Shown here piece after piece: positions 9,019-19,244 of a stretch of DNA of 64,000 nucleotides. The notes below the pieces were generated by a model. The model made no database searches and was not told where the DNA came from. It worked only from the letters and a program-made list of their open reading frames with translations. Every line of letters begins with the position of its first letter. The first letter of the stretch is position 1. This stretch comes from a virus (lineage: Duplodnaviria; Caudoviricetes): IMG/VR virus record IMGVR_UViG_2608642293_000001, positions 1-64,000 of that record; one strand, 5' to 3'. A program made the translations under genes and the position numbers.

Positions 9019-9210
9019 ATGGATACCTCAAGAAAGATTCTAATAAATAAATGTTGCTGCCACTTTTGCATGAACTATCAGCCGCAATATAAAAATAGCA
9101 TTAAATTATGTCGTGGAATATGCAGAGTTACAGGAACTTACAAACAAAGAACGGATAAGTGTAAGAAGTACTTTAAGGAAGGACTACAAATTAGATTATT
9201 GGAGGAATGA
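9019..9210 (+). CDS. Small Cys-rich protein
   Basis: CCCHFC...GIC...C. Confidence 0.5.
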   Translation: MDTSRKILINKCCCHFCMNYQPQYKNSIKLCRGICRVTGTYKQRTDKCKKYFKEGLQIRLLEE

Positions 9211-9213
9211 AAA

Positions 9214-9963
9214 ATGAATTTAGAAGAAAGTATTAAATTAACAGTTGAAAATAAATTAAAGGATGGATCCATAGAAAAAATGGTTTCAGATTACGTTGAA
9301 AAAGGAATTAGTGAATCATTAAAAGAGTTGTTTGGTTGGAGTGGAGATGCAAGAAAAGTAATTGAAGGGCAAATAAAATCAGCCATGGTTCCATACTTAG
9401 AAAACTATGATTATTCCCAATATATTGTCAAGTTGGACAGCGTTTTATCAGATGTATTAAACAAAGTTACTGGCGATAATAGAAAGTTGTTATCTAATTT
9501 TAAAGAATTAATGGCTACAGATGTTGAAATGAGGGAAGTTAAAATTTCAGATGTATTTAAAAAGTGGTGTGAGTATGTAAGCAAAAATGTTGAAACTGAT
9601 GAGTTAGAGGTTACTTATGATGATGGGCCAAGCTATGAATCAGTAGAAGTTTCATATGAATTTGAGGAAACTGAAGAAAGAAGTTGGTTAAAGCAAGAAA
9701 AAGGAAGAATCATTTTTGAATGCGAACATGATGAAAAAATGAACGTTTGTATTGATGTTTATAGATGGGATGATATTCATAAAAAGAATCAATGGAGCTT
9801 TAGTGTTGATGATAATTGCAATTTAAACTCTCTAAGACATATTGATGAATTCAAATTATATCTTATGGCATTAAAGCAAGCCAATGTTTACATTGAAATT
9901 GATAAAACGTATGACAATGAGAATGTATATCCAGAAAAGGAACCCGAAGCATATTATGAATAA
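9214..9963 (+). CDS. Hypothetical phage protein
   Basis: 249-aa ORF with GGAGG RBS. Confidence 0.8.
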   Translation: MNLEESIKLTVENKLKDGSIEKMVSDYVEKGISESLKELFGWSGDARKVIEGQIKSAMVPYLENYDYSQYIVKLDSVLSDVLNKVTGDNRKLLSNFKELMATDVEMREVKISDVFKKWCEYVSKNVETDELEVTYDDGPSYESVEVSYEFEETEERSWLKQEKGRIIFECEHDEKMNVCIDVYRWDDIHKKNQWSFSVDDNCNLNSLRHIDEFKLYLMALKQANVYIEIDKTYDNENVYPEKEPEAYYE

Positions 9964-9983
9964 CGTTAGGAGAGCCAGATGAT

Positions 9984-10097
9984 ATGAATGATGATTTTTT
10001 AAGAGGTATGGGAATAGGAGTTATTATAGGGGGGATTACCGTTTTAATAGCTACACTAAAGGGATTTAAGATAAAATTAAAAGATTTATTTAAATAG
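9984..10097 (+). CDS. 37-aa single-TM peptide (not in ORF track)
   Basis: MNDDFLRGMGIGVIIGGITVLIATLKGFKIKLKDLFK; AGGAG upstream. Confidence 0.45.
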   Translation: MNDDFLRGMGIGVIIGGITVLIATLKGFKIKLKDLFK

Positions 10098-10118
10098 TTA
10101 AATCTTGCAGGACTAGGA

Positions 10119-10607
10119 GTGTTAGCAGCAGGGATTACAATTGCTAATGTTAAGGTTACTGCAAAAAAATGGGGGAGAAATCCCCCACATAATGAAAATG
10201 AGGTGTTGCAGATGGATAGACCAAAAGATTTACCAAATCGTTTAGAATGTGCATATTGCAAGAGAAGCAACAGACATGGTGGCGAGTGCAGAGGCAAGGA
10301 TATAAATAGAAATGAAGCAGGATGTTTATATTTTACTATGGATGAAAAAGGTTGTATAAGAAATTCTGATATAACAATACCTTTTAATTTATTCAGCGAA
10401 ATACCACCTTTAGGGATGTGGGAAACAGATAGATGGACTTTATATGATGTTGACACAGATATAAGAATTAATAAGATATATGGAATGAATTGGAATAAAG
10501 AACGAGGTTTACTGAATGTGAAGTGTAATGCTGATTATTACATTAATGAGTTTAAGAATGAATACAAAAAGGAAGCTAATAAACCAATTCTAAAGGTTAT
10601 TAAATAA
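10119..10607 (+). CDS. Hypothetical Cys-motif protein (true start probably internal)
   Basis: CAYC...C...C; GAGGTG RBS lies near the internal LQMDRP. Confidence 0.65.
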   Translation: MLAAGITIANVKVTAKKWGRNPPHNENEVLQMDRPKDLPNRLECAYCKRSNRHGGECRGKDINRNEAGCLYFTMDEKGCIRNSDITIPFNLFSEIPPLGMWETDRWTLYDVDTDIRINKIYGMNWNKERGLLNVKCNADYYINEFKNEYKKEANKPILKVIK

Positions 10608-10639
10608 TGCGGAAACTGTAAATGGAAAGAAGTGAGAAT

Positions 10640-11464
10640 ATGAAAAAGGTATCTGATTTCAAAAATGAGAGAGAACTTCAGGAAGATCTAGCAAAATATC
10701 TAAGAAGCGCAGGTATGTTAACTTTTACTGAAATTCAAATACCAGGAATGAATGGTTCAAGGGCAGATGTGATCGCAATGACACCGCATAGATATTCAAC
10801 TAAAGATATAAGGCTATATGAAGTTAAATTGACACGTGGTGTATGGTTAGCAGATAAGAAGTTTCAGAAGTATTTAGAATGTTGTAACAGAATGTATATA
10901 GCCTGTCCTAAAGGCTTTATAAAGAAAGATGAAGTGCCTAAAGAAATTGGTTTAATTACTAGAAGTGATAATGGATGGAGAGTAGCAAAATCACCTAGAT
11001 TAAATATAAATCCATCTAAAATGGATATAGATTTCATATTAAGTCTTTTATATCGAGGATATGAAGAAGCTAAAATTCAGAGAGATCTGAGAGATAGAGG
11101 GATTGCCAGTTCAAACTATAAACTTAGGGACGTAGCTTATAAGATAGGTTTTGATATAGGCAGAAGATTAGATAAAACAAAAGATGCGAAGATAGACAAA
11201 TGGTGTGATGAACTATGGGAGGCATTTAAAAAATATGGATTTGAAGTTCCTGAATATGCAGATAAAAGTGATACATTGCCATCTATATGGGAAATAGAGA
11301 ATTTACTTGGTGGAGCTTCAGCATTAATGAAAGATGTTGCTGCTATAAAAGCTATTGGTATTTATTTAGAGAATATTGAACTTCCAGAAGAGCAAGAAGG
11401 GAGATTAGCTTGGAGAAATAGAAAAGATAATAGGGAAAAAGCATTAAAACTTATAGATAGTTAG
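10640..11464 (+). CDS. MmcB-like PD-(D/E)xK nuclease-fold protein
   Basis: E...RADVIA...YEVKLTR...D.KFQKYLECCNRMYIACP. Confidence 0.7.
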   Translation: MKKVSDFKNERELQEDLAKYLRSAGMLTFTEIQIPGMNGSRADVIAMTPHRYSTKDIRLYEVKLTRGVWLADKKFQKYLECCNRMYIACPKGFIKKDEVPKEIGLITRSDNGWRVAKSPRLNINPSKMDIDFILSLLYRGYEEAKIQRDLRDRGIASSNYKLRDVAYKIGFDIGRRLDKTKDAKIDKWCDELWEAFKKYGFEVPEYADKSDTLPSIWEIENLLGGASALMKDVAAIKAIGIYLENIELPEEQEGRLAWRNRKDNREKALKLIDS

Positions 11465-11516
11465 TGCTGAATATGTAGAAAGTGCGAAGAATTAAAATTG
11501 AAAGGAAGATATAAAA

Positions 11517-12194
11517 ATGAGAAAAGAAACTATAACAATTAGCGAAAGAAATTTAATGTTTTGCGTAGGAGGCCAATTATTTAGTCAAGCACCAAACAGG
11601 CAACCTAGAAAAGCTGAAATAATAATGCAAAAGATTAAAGAAAACTTTAGAAAAGAAGCTTACAATGATAACGAATATTACACAATTATGGTAAGCGAAG
11701 AAGATAGAGGGGTATATAAATATATTGATAAGTTACTTAAAAACATACCAGAATTTGTAGAATTAAATTTATCTCAAATTGAGTTTGACAAAAATATATC
11801 AGTAGATGATGAAAATAGACCAAAATTCTCATTTAGCACTAGATATGATAAATATGATGCTGAAAGTTGGAAAAGCGATTTCATTGATTTAGATGCTTTT
11901 ATAGGGAATGTGGTGAGAAATATATATACCATGATAGAGAGTGGCATAGATTGCTTTTGTTGCATACATGGAAATAGCGATAAATGCACCGAGTGTATTG
12001 TAAATCCTAAATACAAAATAAATTATGAATGCGGCAGAGAACCTAAAGGAGAATATACATTTGCTTGTAAATTTGATTGTTATAAACATAGATATATATG
12101 TTGCGAAGAATGTTCAGATAAAAATAGTTGTGTAAAAAAATGTGATTGTAATTCAAAAGAATGTGGACTAGTAATTAATAAAATAACTAAGTAA
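11517..12194 (+). CDS. Hypothetical protein with Cys-rich C-terminus
   Basis: More than 10 Cys in the last 80 aa. Confidence 0.7.
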   Translation: MRKETITISERNLMFCVGGQLFSQAPNRQPRKAEIIMQKIKENFRKEAYNDNEYYTIMVSEEDRGVYKYIDKLLKNIPEFVELNLSQIEFDKNISVDDENRPKFSFSTRYDKYDAESWKSDFIDLDAFIGNVVRNIYTMIESGIDCFCCIHGNSDKCTECIVNPKYKINYECGREPKGEYTFACKFDCYKHRYICCEECSDKNSCVKKCDCNSKECGLVINKITK

Positions 12195-12377
12195 TTCTAC
12201 ACAATACTAAAAAAGGGTGTATTAAATATAGAAATGATAATGGTTATCAATAAGGCTTTTATCTAAATAGGAAAGTGGGTACAGCAGAGTTATTTATATT
12301 TTGTTTTTAACTCTGTGTGTACAGTCATCAAACAATTAGTTTAACGCCGTACGGGACTTTAGATATGAAACAGTTGA

Positions 12378-12464
12378 TTATTGAGCTATAAGAGCGAAAC
12401 TATTTACCAACATAATAACTGATAGTAAAAGTGCTATTAAAGCGATAAGTTGTTTTTGTTTCAT
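12378..12464 (-). CDS. 28-aa hydrophobic peptide, type I toxin-like (not in ORF track)
   Basis: MKQKQLIALIALLLSVIMLVNSFALIAQ; RBS GGAAGGTGG; hairpins downstream. Confidence 0.55.
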   Translation of the reverse strand: MKQKQLIALIALLLSVIMLVNSFALIAQ

Positions 12465-12651
12465 AGGTCCCACCACCTTCCTATGAAATATTCAATTGTC
12501 AAGGTTATTTTTATTATTAACAATAAATAAATCTTTATTCATAAAAAAATATATGGAGTTAATTTAGTAAATAAAAAATAAAATATATGCAATTAAATCG
12601 GAGTAATTCTAGATAAAATGTATGGCCATACCTCCAGACGTGGAGGAAAAA

Positions 12652-14169
12652 ATGAAAGAATTAATAGTTGATAATTTTGCTGGTGGCGGTGGAGCTAGTA
12701 CAGGAATTGAATTAGCAATTGGAAGAAGTGTAGATATAGCGATCAACCATGATCCTGATGCTATATTAATGCATAAGACCAACCATCCAACAACAAAGCA
12801 TTATTGTGAAAATGTCTGGGAAGTAAATCCCAAAGAAGCGACAGAAGGAAAACCTGTAGGACTAGCATGGTTTAGTCCAGATTGTAAGCATTTTAGCAAA
12901 GCTAAAGGCGGAAAACCAGTAGAAAAGAAAATAAGAGGACTAGCGTGGATAGTTCTTAAATGGGCAGGAACAGTAAGACCAAGGGTGATAATTCTTGAAA
13001 ATGTGGAAGAATTTCAAACTTGGGGGCCTTTAAAGAAAGGGAGACCTATAAAGAGTAAAAAAGGTGAAACTTTTACTAAATGGAAAAGTCAATTAGAATC
13101 ATTGGGATATAAGATAGAACATAGAGAATTGAAGGCTTGTGACTATGGAGCTCCAACAAATAGAAAGCGATTTTTCTTGGTTGCTAGATGTGATGGAAAA
13201 CCAATAGTTTGGCCAGAACCTACACATGGTGATCCAAATAGATTAGAAGTTCAATGCGGAATGTTAAAACCATGGAGAACAGCAGCTGAAATAATTGATT
13301 GGGATATACCAGGTAAAAGTATTTTTGAAAGAAGTAAACCACTTGCAGAAAATACACTCAAAAGAATTGCTTTAGGCTTAGAAAAGTTTGTGTTTAATAA
13401 TCCAGAACCTTTCATTGTAAGTATTGGACAAACTGGATTTACAAAAGACAGGTCAAGAAGTATTCACGAACCATTAAACACTATAGTAAGCAAGGCAGAA
13501 GCTTGTTTAATAACACCTACATTAATTCAATATCATACTGAAACATCAAAAAATAGCGTAAGAGGACAGAATATTGATGAACCTATAATGACATTAGATA
13601 GTTCACCTCGATATGGTTTGGTAAGTGCATTCATATCAAAAAGTTATGCTGGTGAAAGTAGATCAGTAGCAAGTGGATTAAATGACAGTTTGCATACAAT
13701 AACAGCTAGAGCATGCCATTCACTTGTTGAAGTTAAATTAGGTGTAGAGCCTAACAATCATTCGAGTGAAGTAAGTCAGTTCTTAAAAAAATATTGTGGT
13801 AAAACATCTTTTGGATATAAGGATACTTCATTTTTGATTAAATACTATGGAAAAGGTGTAGGACAAGATATAAACAAACCTTTAGATACAGTTGTGAGTA
13901 AGGATAGATTTGGATTAGTCACTATTAAAGGCATTGATTATCAAATAATTGATATAACATTAAGAATGCTAGAGCCACATGAGTTATTTGCAGCTCAAGG
14001 ATTCCCATCAAGATATATTATAGACCACGATTATACTGGCAAGACATATCCGAAAACTAAACAAGTTGCTAGGTGTGGGAATGCAGTACCGCCACCATTT
14101 GCGAAAGCATTAGTAGAAGCAAATTTACCAGAACTATGTAAGAAAAATAAATTAAATGAAGTAGGCTAG
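12652..14169 (+). CDS. Orphan C5 cytosine DNA methyltransferase
   Basis: FAGGGG (motif I), SPDC (IV), ENV (VI), RKRFF (VIII), CGNAV (X). Confidence 0.95.
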   Translation: MKELIVDNFAGGGGASTGIELAIGRSVDIAINHDPDAILMHKTNHPTTKHYCENVWEVNPKEATEGKPVGLAWFSPDCKHFSKAKGGKPVEKKIRGLAWIVLKWAGTVRPRVIILENVEEFQTWGPLKKGRPIKSKKGETFTKWKSQLESLGYKIEHRELKACDYGAPTNRKRFFLVARCDGKPIVWPEPTHGDPNRLEVQCGMLKPWRTAAEIIDWDIPGKSIFERSKPLAENTLKRIALGLEKFVFNNPEPFIVSIGQTGFTKDRSRSIHEPLNTIVSKAEACLITPTLIQYHTETSKNSVRGQNIDEPIMTLDSSPRYGLVSAFISKSYAGESRSVASGLNDSLHTITARACHSLVEVKLGVEPNNHSSEVSQFLKKYCGKTSFGYKDTSFLIKYYGKGVGQDINKPLDTVVSKDRFGLVTIKGIDYQIIDITLRMLEPHELFAAQGFPSRYIIDHDYTGKTYPKTKQVARCGNAVPPPFAKALVEANLPELCKKNKLNEVG

Positions 14170-14248
14170 TCCTACGCAATATTAAAATTTGATGAAGAAA
14201 AGAACAGATTTATTTTAAAGACACTAGCATGCTAGGAATCTTTCGCAA

Positions 14249-14383
14249 TTAGAATAGAAGGGATACCAATTTATAAACTACATCTAGCAGTATGAAAATA
14301 TCCAATATATTCAATTTTGTTAGACTTAATCTTATTGAAAGTTTAAATTTGACTTTCATATTAGCGTCATTCTTATTTTTCAC
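14249..14383 (-). CDS. 44-aa peptide with hydrophobic C-terminus (not in ORF track)
   Basis: GTG start after GGGAGGTGA; MKNKNDANMKVKFKLSIRLSLTKLNILDIFILLDVVYKLVSLLF. Confidence 0.5.
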   Translation of the reverse strand: MKNKNDANMKVKFKLSIRLSLTKLNILDIFILLDVVYKLVSLLF

Positions 14384-14600
14384 AAAGATCACCTCCCTTC
14401 TTATTTATATTGGAATTTCCAGAAATATAAATTTAAAGAAGGAAGGCCCTAACACTTGCTTATTATTAGCTGCTAGTGCCATCAATTAATTTATATGTAA
14501 GCTAGAGAAAGAAAATGAATAATAGTAATAGAGAGAAAAAGTCATTATCATAAAATTTTATTATCATATGAAAATCAAGTGAAAAGAAAAGGTGAGGTAA

Positions 14601-15272
14601 TTGAAAAAGTTAAACATTCTAGAAGGTCAAATTGATTTATTCAATATGCCTATTCAAGAACCTATTATCAAGCCTAAAGAAAAAGTTATAGTTGAGAAAC
14701 AAGAGATAAAAGAAGATTACTTCCAGAATATAATAAACCTTTATAAAGAGAGCTGTAATAGAATCATAAAAACTGTTTCTGGAGCATTACTTGTTGAATT
14801 AAAAGATAGGACAAAGTATTTTAATGGACAAGGCGTGCATGAGTTTGACTTAGGTACAGATGTAGGATTAATACCAGCAGACGAAATTCTTATTGTTAAT
14901 CAAGACAAAACACTAAATGAAATGCAGCTTAAAAAATTAGAAGAGATGAATCCAAGTAGATATATAAAGCGTAAAGGTGATGCAAACATAATAATGCCTG
15001 GTGATAGAACTACAGTTATAACACCTCGTGGATGGGTAATAGAGTGGGAGCAAAAACCAGTATATAAAGAGGATGAAGTTATCTCAAGAACAATAGAAAT
15101 AAAGGCTCCGGATCAAAGTTTAAATGCAGGAGATATCGTTGAATTTGAATACGCAAAAGAAACATATAAAGGGAAAATAGTAAGCATTTATAACAATGGC
15201 GAAACTATAAATGTAGTTTGGAATGGAAAACATACAGCCTTTTATTACAAATGTGTAAGAAAGATAGCTTAG
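14601..15272 (+). CDS. Hypothetical phage protein with C-terminal SH3/YopX-like beta domain
   Basis: GQIDLF motif near the N-terminus; GDIVEFEY...GKIVSIY. Confidence 0.7.
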   Translation: MKKLNILEGQIDLFNMPIQEPIIKPKEKVIVEKQEIKEDYFQNIINLYKESCNRIIKTVSGALLVELKDRTKYFNGQGVHEFDLGTDVGLIPADEILIVNQDKTLNEMQLKKLEEMNPSRYIKRKGDANIIMPGDRTTVITPRGWVIEWEQKPVYKEDEVISRTIEIKAPDQSLNAGDIVEFEYAKETYKGKIVSIYNNGETINVVWNGKHTAFYYKCVRKIA

Positions 15273-15284
15273 GAGGGATAAACA

Positions 15285-16322
15285 ATGGAATATGTTAATG
15301 AAATTAATATTAATGAAGCTGTAATTCATGTGCTAGATAGCAATGGAGAGGAAGCAATATTAAATGAATATAGTTTGGAATTAGACGAAGAGACGTATAT
15401 GTTTTTAAACAAGCATATTGAAAAGTGTTTAAAAGATGAAGAGCTTAGATATGCAAAGTTCAATCAAGAAAGAAGTATTGTAAAAGAAGTGGTTCAAGAT
15501 TATCTAAAAGGAATAGATAAAGATTTAATAAATTCATCCAAAGAGTTAGCCAAGCAATTATTCATGATAATGTTAGGCAATGCAAATATTCCAAGCGCTG
15601 ATTTAATAGTTGCATCAATAACTACAGATCAAGGCCCTATGATTGCAATACTTAAATTAGATTATGTTAAAAACTTTACTCATGAAGTCCAATTCATTGA
15701 TAAAAAAGTAGGAGTTGGGATTGTACCACAAGCAGCAGGACTTCCAGGCAGAGGACAAAAAATACAAAAGGCTGCATTCATTAAACCAATTAGGGAAGAT
15801 GGAAGGTACAATTTAATGGTTTTAGATAAGCAAAAAATCAGTAAAGAGGATGAATATGGAGCCAATTACTTTATAAATACCTTTTTAGGTGCAAGCATTG
15901 TCACAAATGAAAGAGATATGACAAAAACTTTTGTAAAGGCAGCTGAGAACTGGACCAGAAAAAATATTACGGATGATGCAGTAAAAGCGGAAGAGATTAG
16001 AAGCACTATAAAAACTAAGTTAAAAGAAGAAGATACAATAAATATAGATGAATTCTCAGAGATATTGTTTGTAGAAGATCCACAAATGCGAGAAGACTTT
16101 ACAAGCTATATAAAACAACAAGGATTAAACGATGAGGTGTTAGTGGACAAGACTTGGGTAGAAAAGAAACTAAAGAGGACAAGACTTAATATAGATAAGC
16201 AGATAGATTTATACATCAATGAAGATACTTATCATGATTCTAGCAAATTTGAAATAGTACCAAATGGTGATGGAACTATAAACATGGTAATTAAGAATGT
16301 TATTAACTATATAGAAAAGTAA
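15285..16322 (+). CDS. Nucleoid-associated protein (NdpA/YejK, 37-kDa family)
   Basis: INEAVIHVLD N-terminus, IAILKLDY, KIQKAAFI, YFINTFLG. Confidence 0.8.
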   Translation: MEYVNEININEAVIHVLDSNGEEAILNEYSLELDEETYMFLNKHIEKCLKDEELRYAKFNQERSIVKEVVQDYLKGIDKDLINSSKELAKQLFMIMLGNANIPSADLIVASITTDQGPMIAILKLDYVKNFTHEVQFIDKKVGVGIVPQAAGLPGRGQKIQKAAFIKPIREDGRYNLMVLDKQKISKEDEYGANYFINTFLGASIVTNERDMTKTFVKAAENWTRKNITDDAVKAEEIRSTIKTKLKEEDTINIDEFSEILFVEDPQMREDFTSYIKQQGLNDEVLVDKTWVEKKLKRTRLNIDKQIDLYINEDTYHDSSKFEIVPNGDGTINMVIKNVINYIEK

Positions 16323-16348
16323 TTAGAGTTTTTAAAGAAGGTAATCTT

Positions 16349-17092
16349 ATGAGATATCTTAAAACTAACAATAGAAACTGGAGAAAGCTCTGCAAGGGTG
16401 AAATACAGGTAGAGCAATTACAGATTGATATTAATAAAGAAGGGGTGAGAGATTTGGAAAAGCCAATTCTATTCAATACAGAAATGGTTAAGTCGATTTT
16501 AGAGGGCAGGAAATGGTGTACAAGAAGAATTGCAAAAACATTAAAAGACGTTACTGAGATAACTCATGGAGATTTTAAGTGGAGCTATAATCAAATCTGG
16601 ATGAATGATGAAACTCTTATGCTACATGCTCCATATGATAAAGGAGATATTCTTTATGTAAGAGAAACTTGGATGATGCAGAGTATGAGCAATTTTGATA
16701 AAAGAGCTAAGTTTTTATTTAAAGCAGAGCCTAATGAAAAATTGAAAGAAGTTGTGTTATCTAGTGATCGGTATGAAGATTTAATTAAATATTCTTATAA
16801 AAAAGGATGGCAACCATCATTATTCATGCCAAAAGAAGCAGCGAGAATATTCCTAAAGGTCACAAATGTAAGAGTTGAAAGACTTAAAAATATGACTACT
16901 AAAGATGTTTTAAAAGAGGGCATATATAGCGAAATATTTGAAAATTATTTTGGAGAATCAAAAAGTAAACTGATGTTTGAAGTTTGGGAAAATCTTTGGA
17001 ATAGCACACTAAAGAAAGACCAGTTAGAGGAATATGGTTGGAATGCTAATCCATGGGTATGGGTAATAGAATTTGAAAGAATAGAAAAATAA
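16349..17092 (+). CDS. ASCH-like phage protein
   Basis: PILFNTEMVKSILEGRK..TRR, WQPSLFMPKEAARIFL, NPWVWVIEF. Confidence 0.8.
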   Translation: MRYLKTNNRNWRKLCKGEIQVEQLQIDINKEGVRDLEKPILFNTEMVKSILEGRKWCTRRIAKTLKDVTEITHGDFKWSYNQIWMNDETLMLHAPYDKGDILYVRETWMMQSMSNFDKRAKFLFKAEPNEKLKEVVLSSDRYEDLIKYSYKKGWQPSLFMPKEAARIFLKVTNVRVERLKNMTTKDVLKEGIYSEIFENYFGESKSKLMFEVWENLWNSTLKKDQLEEYGWNANPWVWVIEFERIEK

Positions 17093-17179
17093 AAAAACTA
17101 AATATGAGGATGTTATCATGTCTCGTTACTAAGATTTCATTCTCATATGACAATCAATTACAAATAAAAGGAGGATAAT

Positions 17180-17677
17180 ATGGTAAAGAAGAATCCTGGT
17201 AAATTATTTGAAGAAGATATTAAAAGATCAGTTCCAGAAGATTGTTTTATATATAGATTTAAAGATGGGACTGCAAATTTTAGTGGATCTAAGAATGAAA
17301 ATGTAAGATTTCAAGCTAAGAATATGTGTGATTTTATGATAATGACTATAGAAAACTTAATATTGCTAGAGTTAAAATCTCATGCAGGTGTACGCATTTC
17401 ATTTGATTGTATAAGAGAAAACCAAATAAAACAAATGTCTGAAATAGATCATCCAAAGATTAAAACATATTTTTTATTTAACTTTAGGGATATGGAAAAG
17501 ACATTTGCTATTGAAGCAAAGAAAATTAAAGAATATATGAAAACATCAGATAGAAAGTCATTTCCTTTTACATGGTGTGAAGAGAATGGAATTGAGGTAT
17601 TAGGAACTAAAAACAGGACTAGGTGGAGATATGATTTAAAAAGATTATTTGAAGAAGTGGAGGGATCTTATGAATGA
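17180..17677 (+). CDS. recU: RecU-family Holliday junction resolvase
   Basis: GKLFEE, CDF, LLELKS, IRENQ. Confidence 0.8.
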   Translation: MVKKNPGKLFEEDIKRSVPEDCFIYRFKDGTANFSGSKNENVRFQAKNMCDFMIMTIENLILLELKSHAGVRISFDCIRENQIKQMSEIDHPKIKTYFLFNFRDMEKTFAIEAKKIKEYMKTSDRKSFPFTWCEENGIEVLGTKNRTRWRYDLKRLFEEVEGSYE

Positions 17678-17984
17678 ATTAAATAGCAAGTTCATAACAA
17701 CTGAGGACCTTAATAATTTCAATAATCTTATGGATGAAATAGATATATTAAAAGACAATGACCATGCAAAAGCTTATACACTTCATAAAAAGGCTCTTAG
17801 ACAATATGACAGATGGAGCACAATTTTATTTGATATAAGAACTGGAGAAAGTAAAGGAATAGCCAAAAATCCAGCATTAAAGGATAGAGTAGCACAAATA
17901 TTAAAAATGATAGATAATTCTTATGTTACAGCTAGAATGGTTTGGGGCAAGGCTAAAGACGATATTACAGGAGGCAAGTATTGA
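17670..17984 (+). CDS. Hypothetical protein
   Basis: GGAGGG RBS; coupled to recU. Confidence 0.6.
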   Translation: MNELNSKFITTEDLNNFNNLMDEIDILKDNDHAKAYTLHKKALRQYDRWSTILFDIRTGESKGIAKNPALKDRVAQILKMIDNSYVTARMVWGKAKDDITGGKY

Positions 17985-17985
17985 T

Positions 17986-18411
17986 ATGTATGAAGATATA
18001 AAACAAAGATTGAGAAACTACAAAAAAATATTAGCGAAGAAGAATGAGTATGAACTTCAAATAAAAGAACTTGAAGAGTGTATAGGAATACCAGAGCAAC
18101 CACAGGGAGAAGCTACAGGGAAGACTTATAAGATAACAAGTGTTGCGGAGAATCAAGCTGTAGAATTAACTGAAAAGAAATCAAAACTAGAGCAATTGGT
18201 TAAGTTTAACAAGAGAGAATGTGAACATATAGAGAATGCTTTAGATGCATTAAAGGAATGGCAAAGACAAGCTATAAAACTAAAGTTTATTGATGGAAGA
18301 AGGATAGAGAGCATTTGTGCTATTATGGATAAATCTCAAAGGACAATAAAAGAATATATTGGTAGAGGATTAAAATTAATGGATGAAATTCTGAAAAATG
18401 ATCTAGAATAG
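17986..18411 (+). CDS. ArpU/RinA-like late transcriptional activator
   Basis: Coiled coil plus sigma-region-4-like HTH (ALDAL...AIKLKFIDG); last gene of the early operon. Confidence 0.8.
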   Translation: MYEDIKQRLRNYKKILAKKNEYELQIKELEECIGIPEQPQGEATGKTYKITSVAENQAVELTEKKSKLEQLVKFNKRECEHIENALDALKEWQRQAIKLKFIDGRRIESICAIMDKSQRTIKEYIGRGLKLMDEILKNDLE

Positions 18412-18520
18412 GATAGGTGAATTCTGAATAATACATCAGAAATTTTAATCATAGTATATAATAATGGAAATTTAGCCTTAATTGTAGTATTATGTAATTA
18501 CAGAGAGATATTGAATTAAG

Positions 18521-19174
18521 GTGGAGAAAAATAATATGAATTATTACGAAATATTAGGGGTAGATAAAAATGCTGATTCAGATCAGATTAAAAAAGCATA
18601 TAGACAGCTTGTTAAAAAGTATCATCCGGATGTAAATAATGCAACTAATGCAAATACATTTTTTAATCTAATCCAAGAGGCATATAGAGTATTAAATGAT
18701 GAAAAACTAAAAATGGATTACGATAATAGAAATAATTATGTACATAAGGAAAGTACAAACAAAACTGATAACTACAATGATAAAAGTAAATATGGGTTTG
18801 GAGAAGAATCATCAGAAGAAGAAGCAATAAGACAACAGGAAGGAAAAAGGAGCATATTTGTTAAAATACTAATAGTATTGCTAAAAATATTATTAGCGTT
18901 ATTTGTACCTATTATTTCTTTCTGTGAATATGTTTCAACTGTTGGAGCAGGAATAGTAGCGCTTATTTCAAAAGTTATAATGTTTGTATTTCTTGCATGT
19001 ACAATAATGGGAATTGTTGAGGTTTACAAAGGTGAGGTAGGTGGATGGCTTACTTTAATTATGTCAATTGTAGTTGCATTTGTAGCTTTTTGCTTTCCAT
19101 ATATAATAATTATGGTACCTGTAGCATTAGGGTTACTGAAAGAAAAAATTAGAAGTTTTGTATTTAATATATAG
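18521..19174 (+). CDS. J-domain (DnaJ-like) membrane protein, moron
   Basis: NYYEILGV...KKYHPDVN...IQEAYRVL plus three hydrophobic segments. Confidence 0.9.
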   Translation: MEKNNMNYYEILGVDKNADSDQIKKAYRQLVKKYHPDVNNATNANTFFNLIQEAYRVLNDEKLKMDYDNRNNYVHKESTNKTDNYNDKSKYGFGEESSEEEAIRQQEGKRSIFVKILIVLLKILLALFVPIISFCEYVSTVGAGIVALISKVIMFVFLACTIMGIVEVYKGEVGGWLTLIMSIVVAFVAFCFPYIIIMVPVALGLLKEKIRSFVFNI

Positions 19175-19188
19175 TAAATATAAGGAAA

Positions 19189-19244
19189 TGCACTAAAATT
19201 GCACTAAATTTGTATATAAAGTTGCACTTTAAATATGAAATAAT
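19189..19244 (+). promoter_or_regulatory. TGCACT direct repeats, candidate activator-dependent late promoter
   Basis: TGCACTAAAAT-TGCACTAAATT-N12-TGCACTTT followed by a -10-like AAATAAT. Confidence 0.55.

Noticed and set aside
10640-14169. MmcB-like nuclease plus C5 methyltransferase as a restriction-modification system
   Set aside because: Not adjacent, and both are common stand-alone genes in phage early regions; an orphan anti-restriction methylase is more likely.
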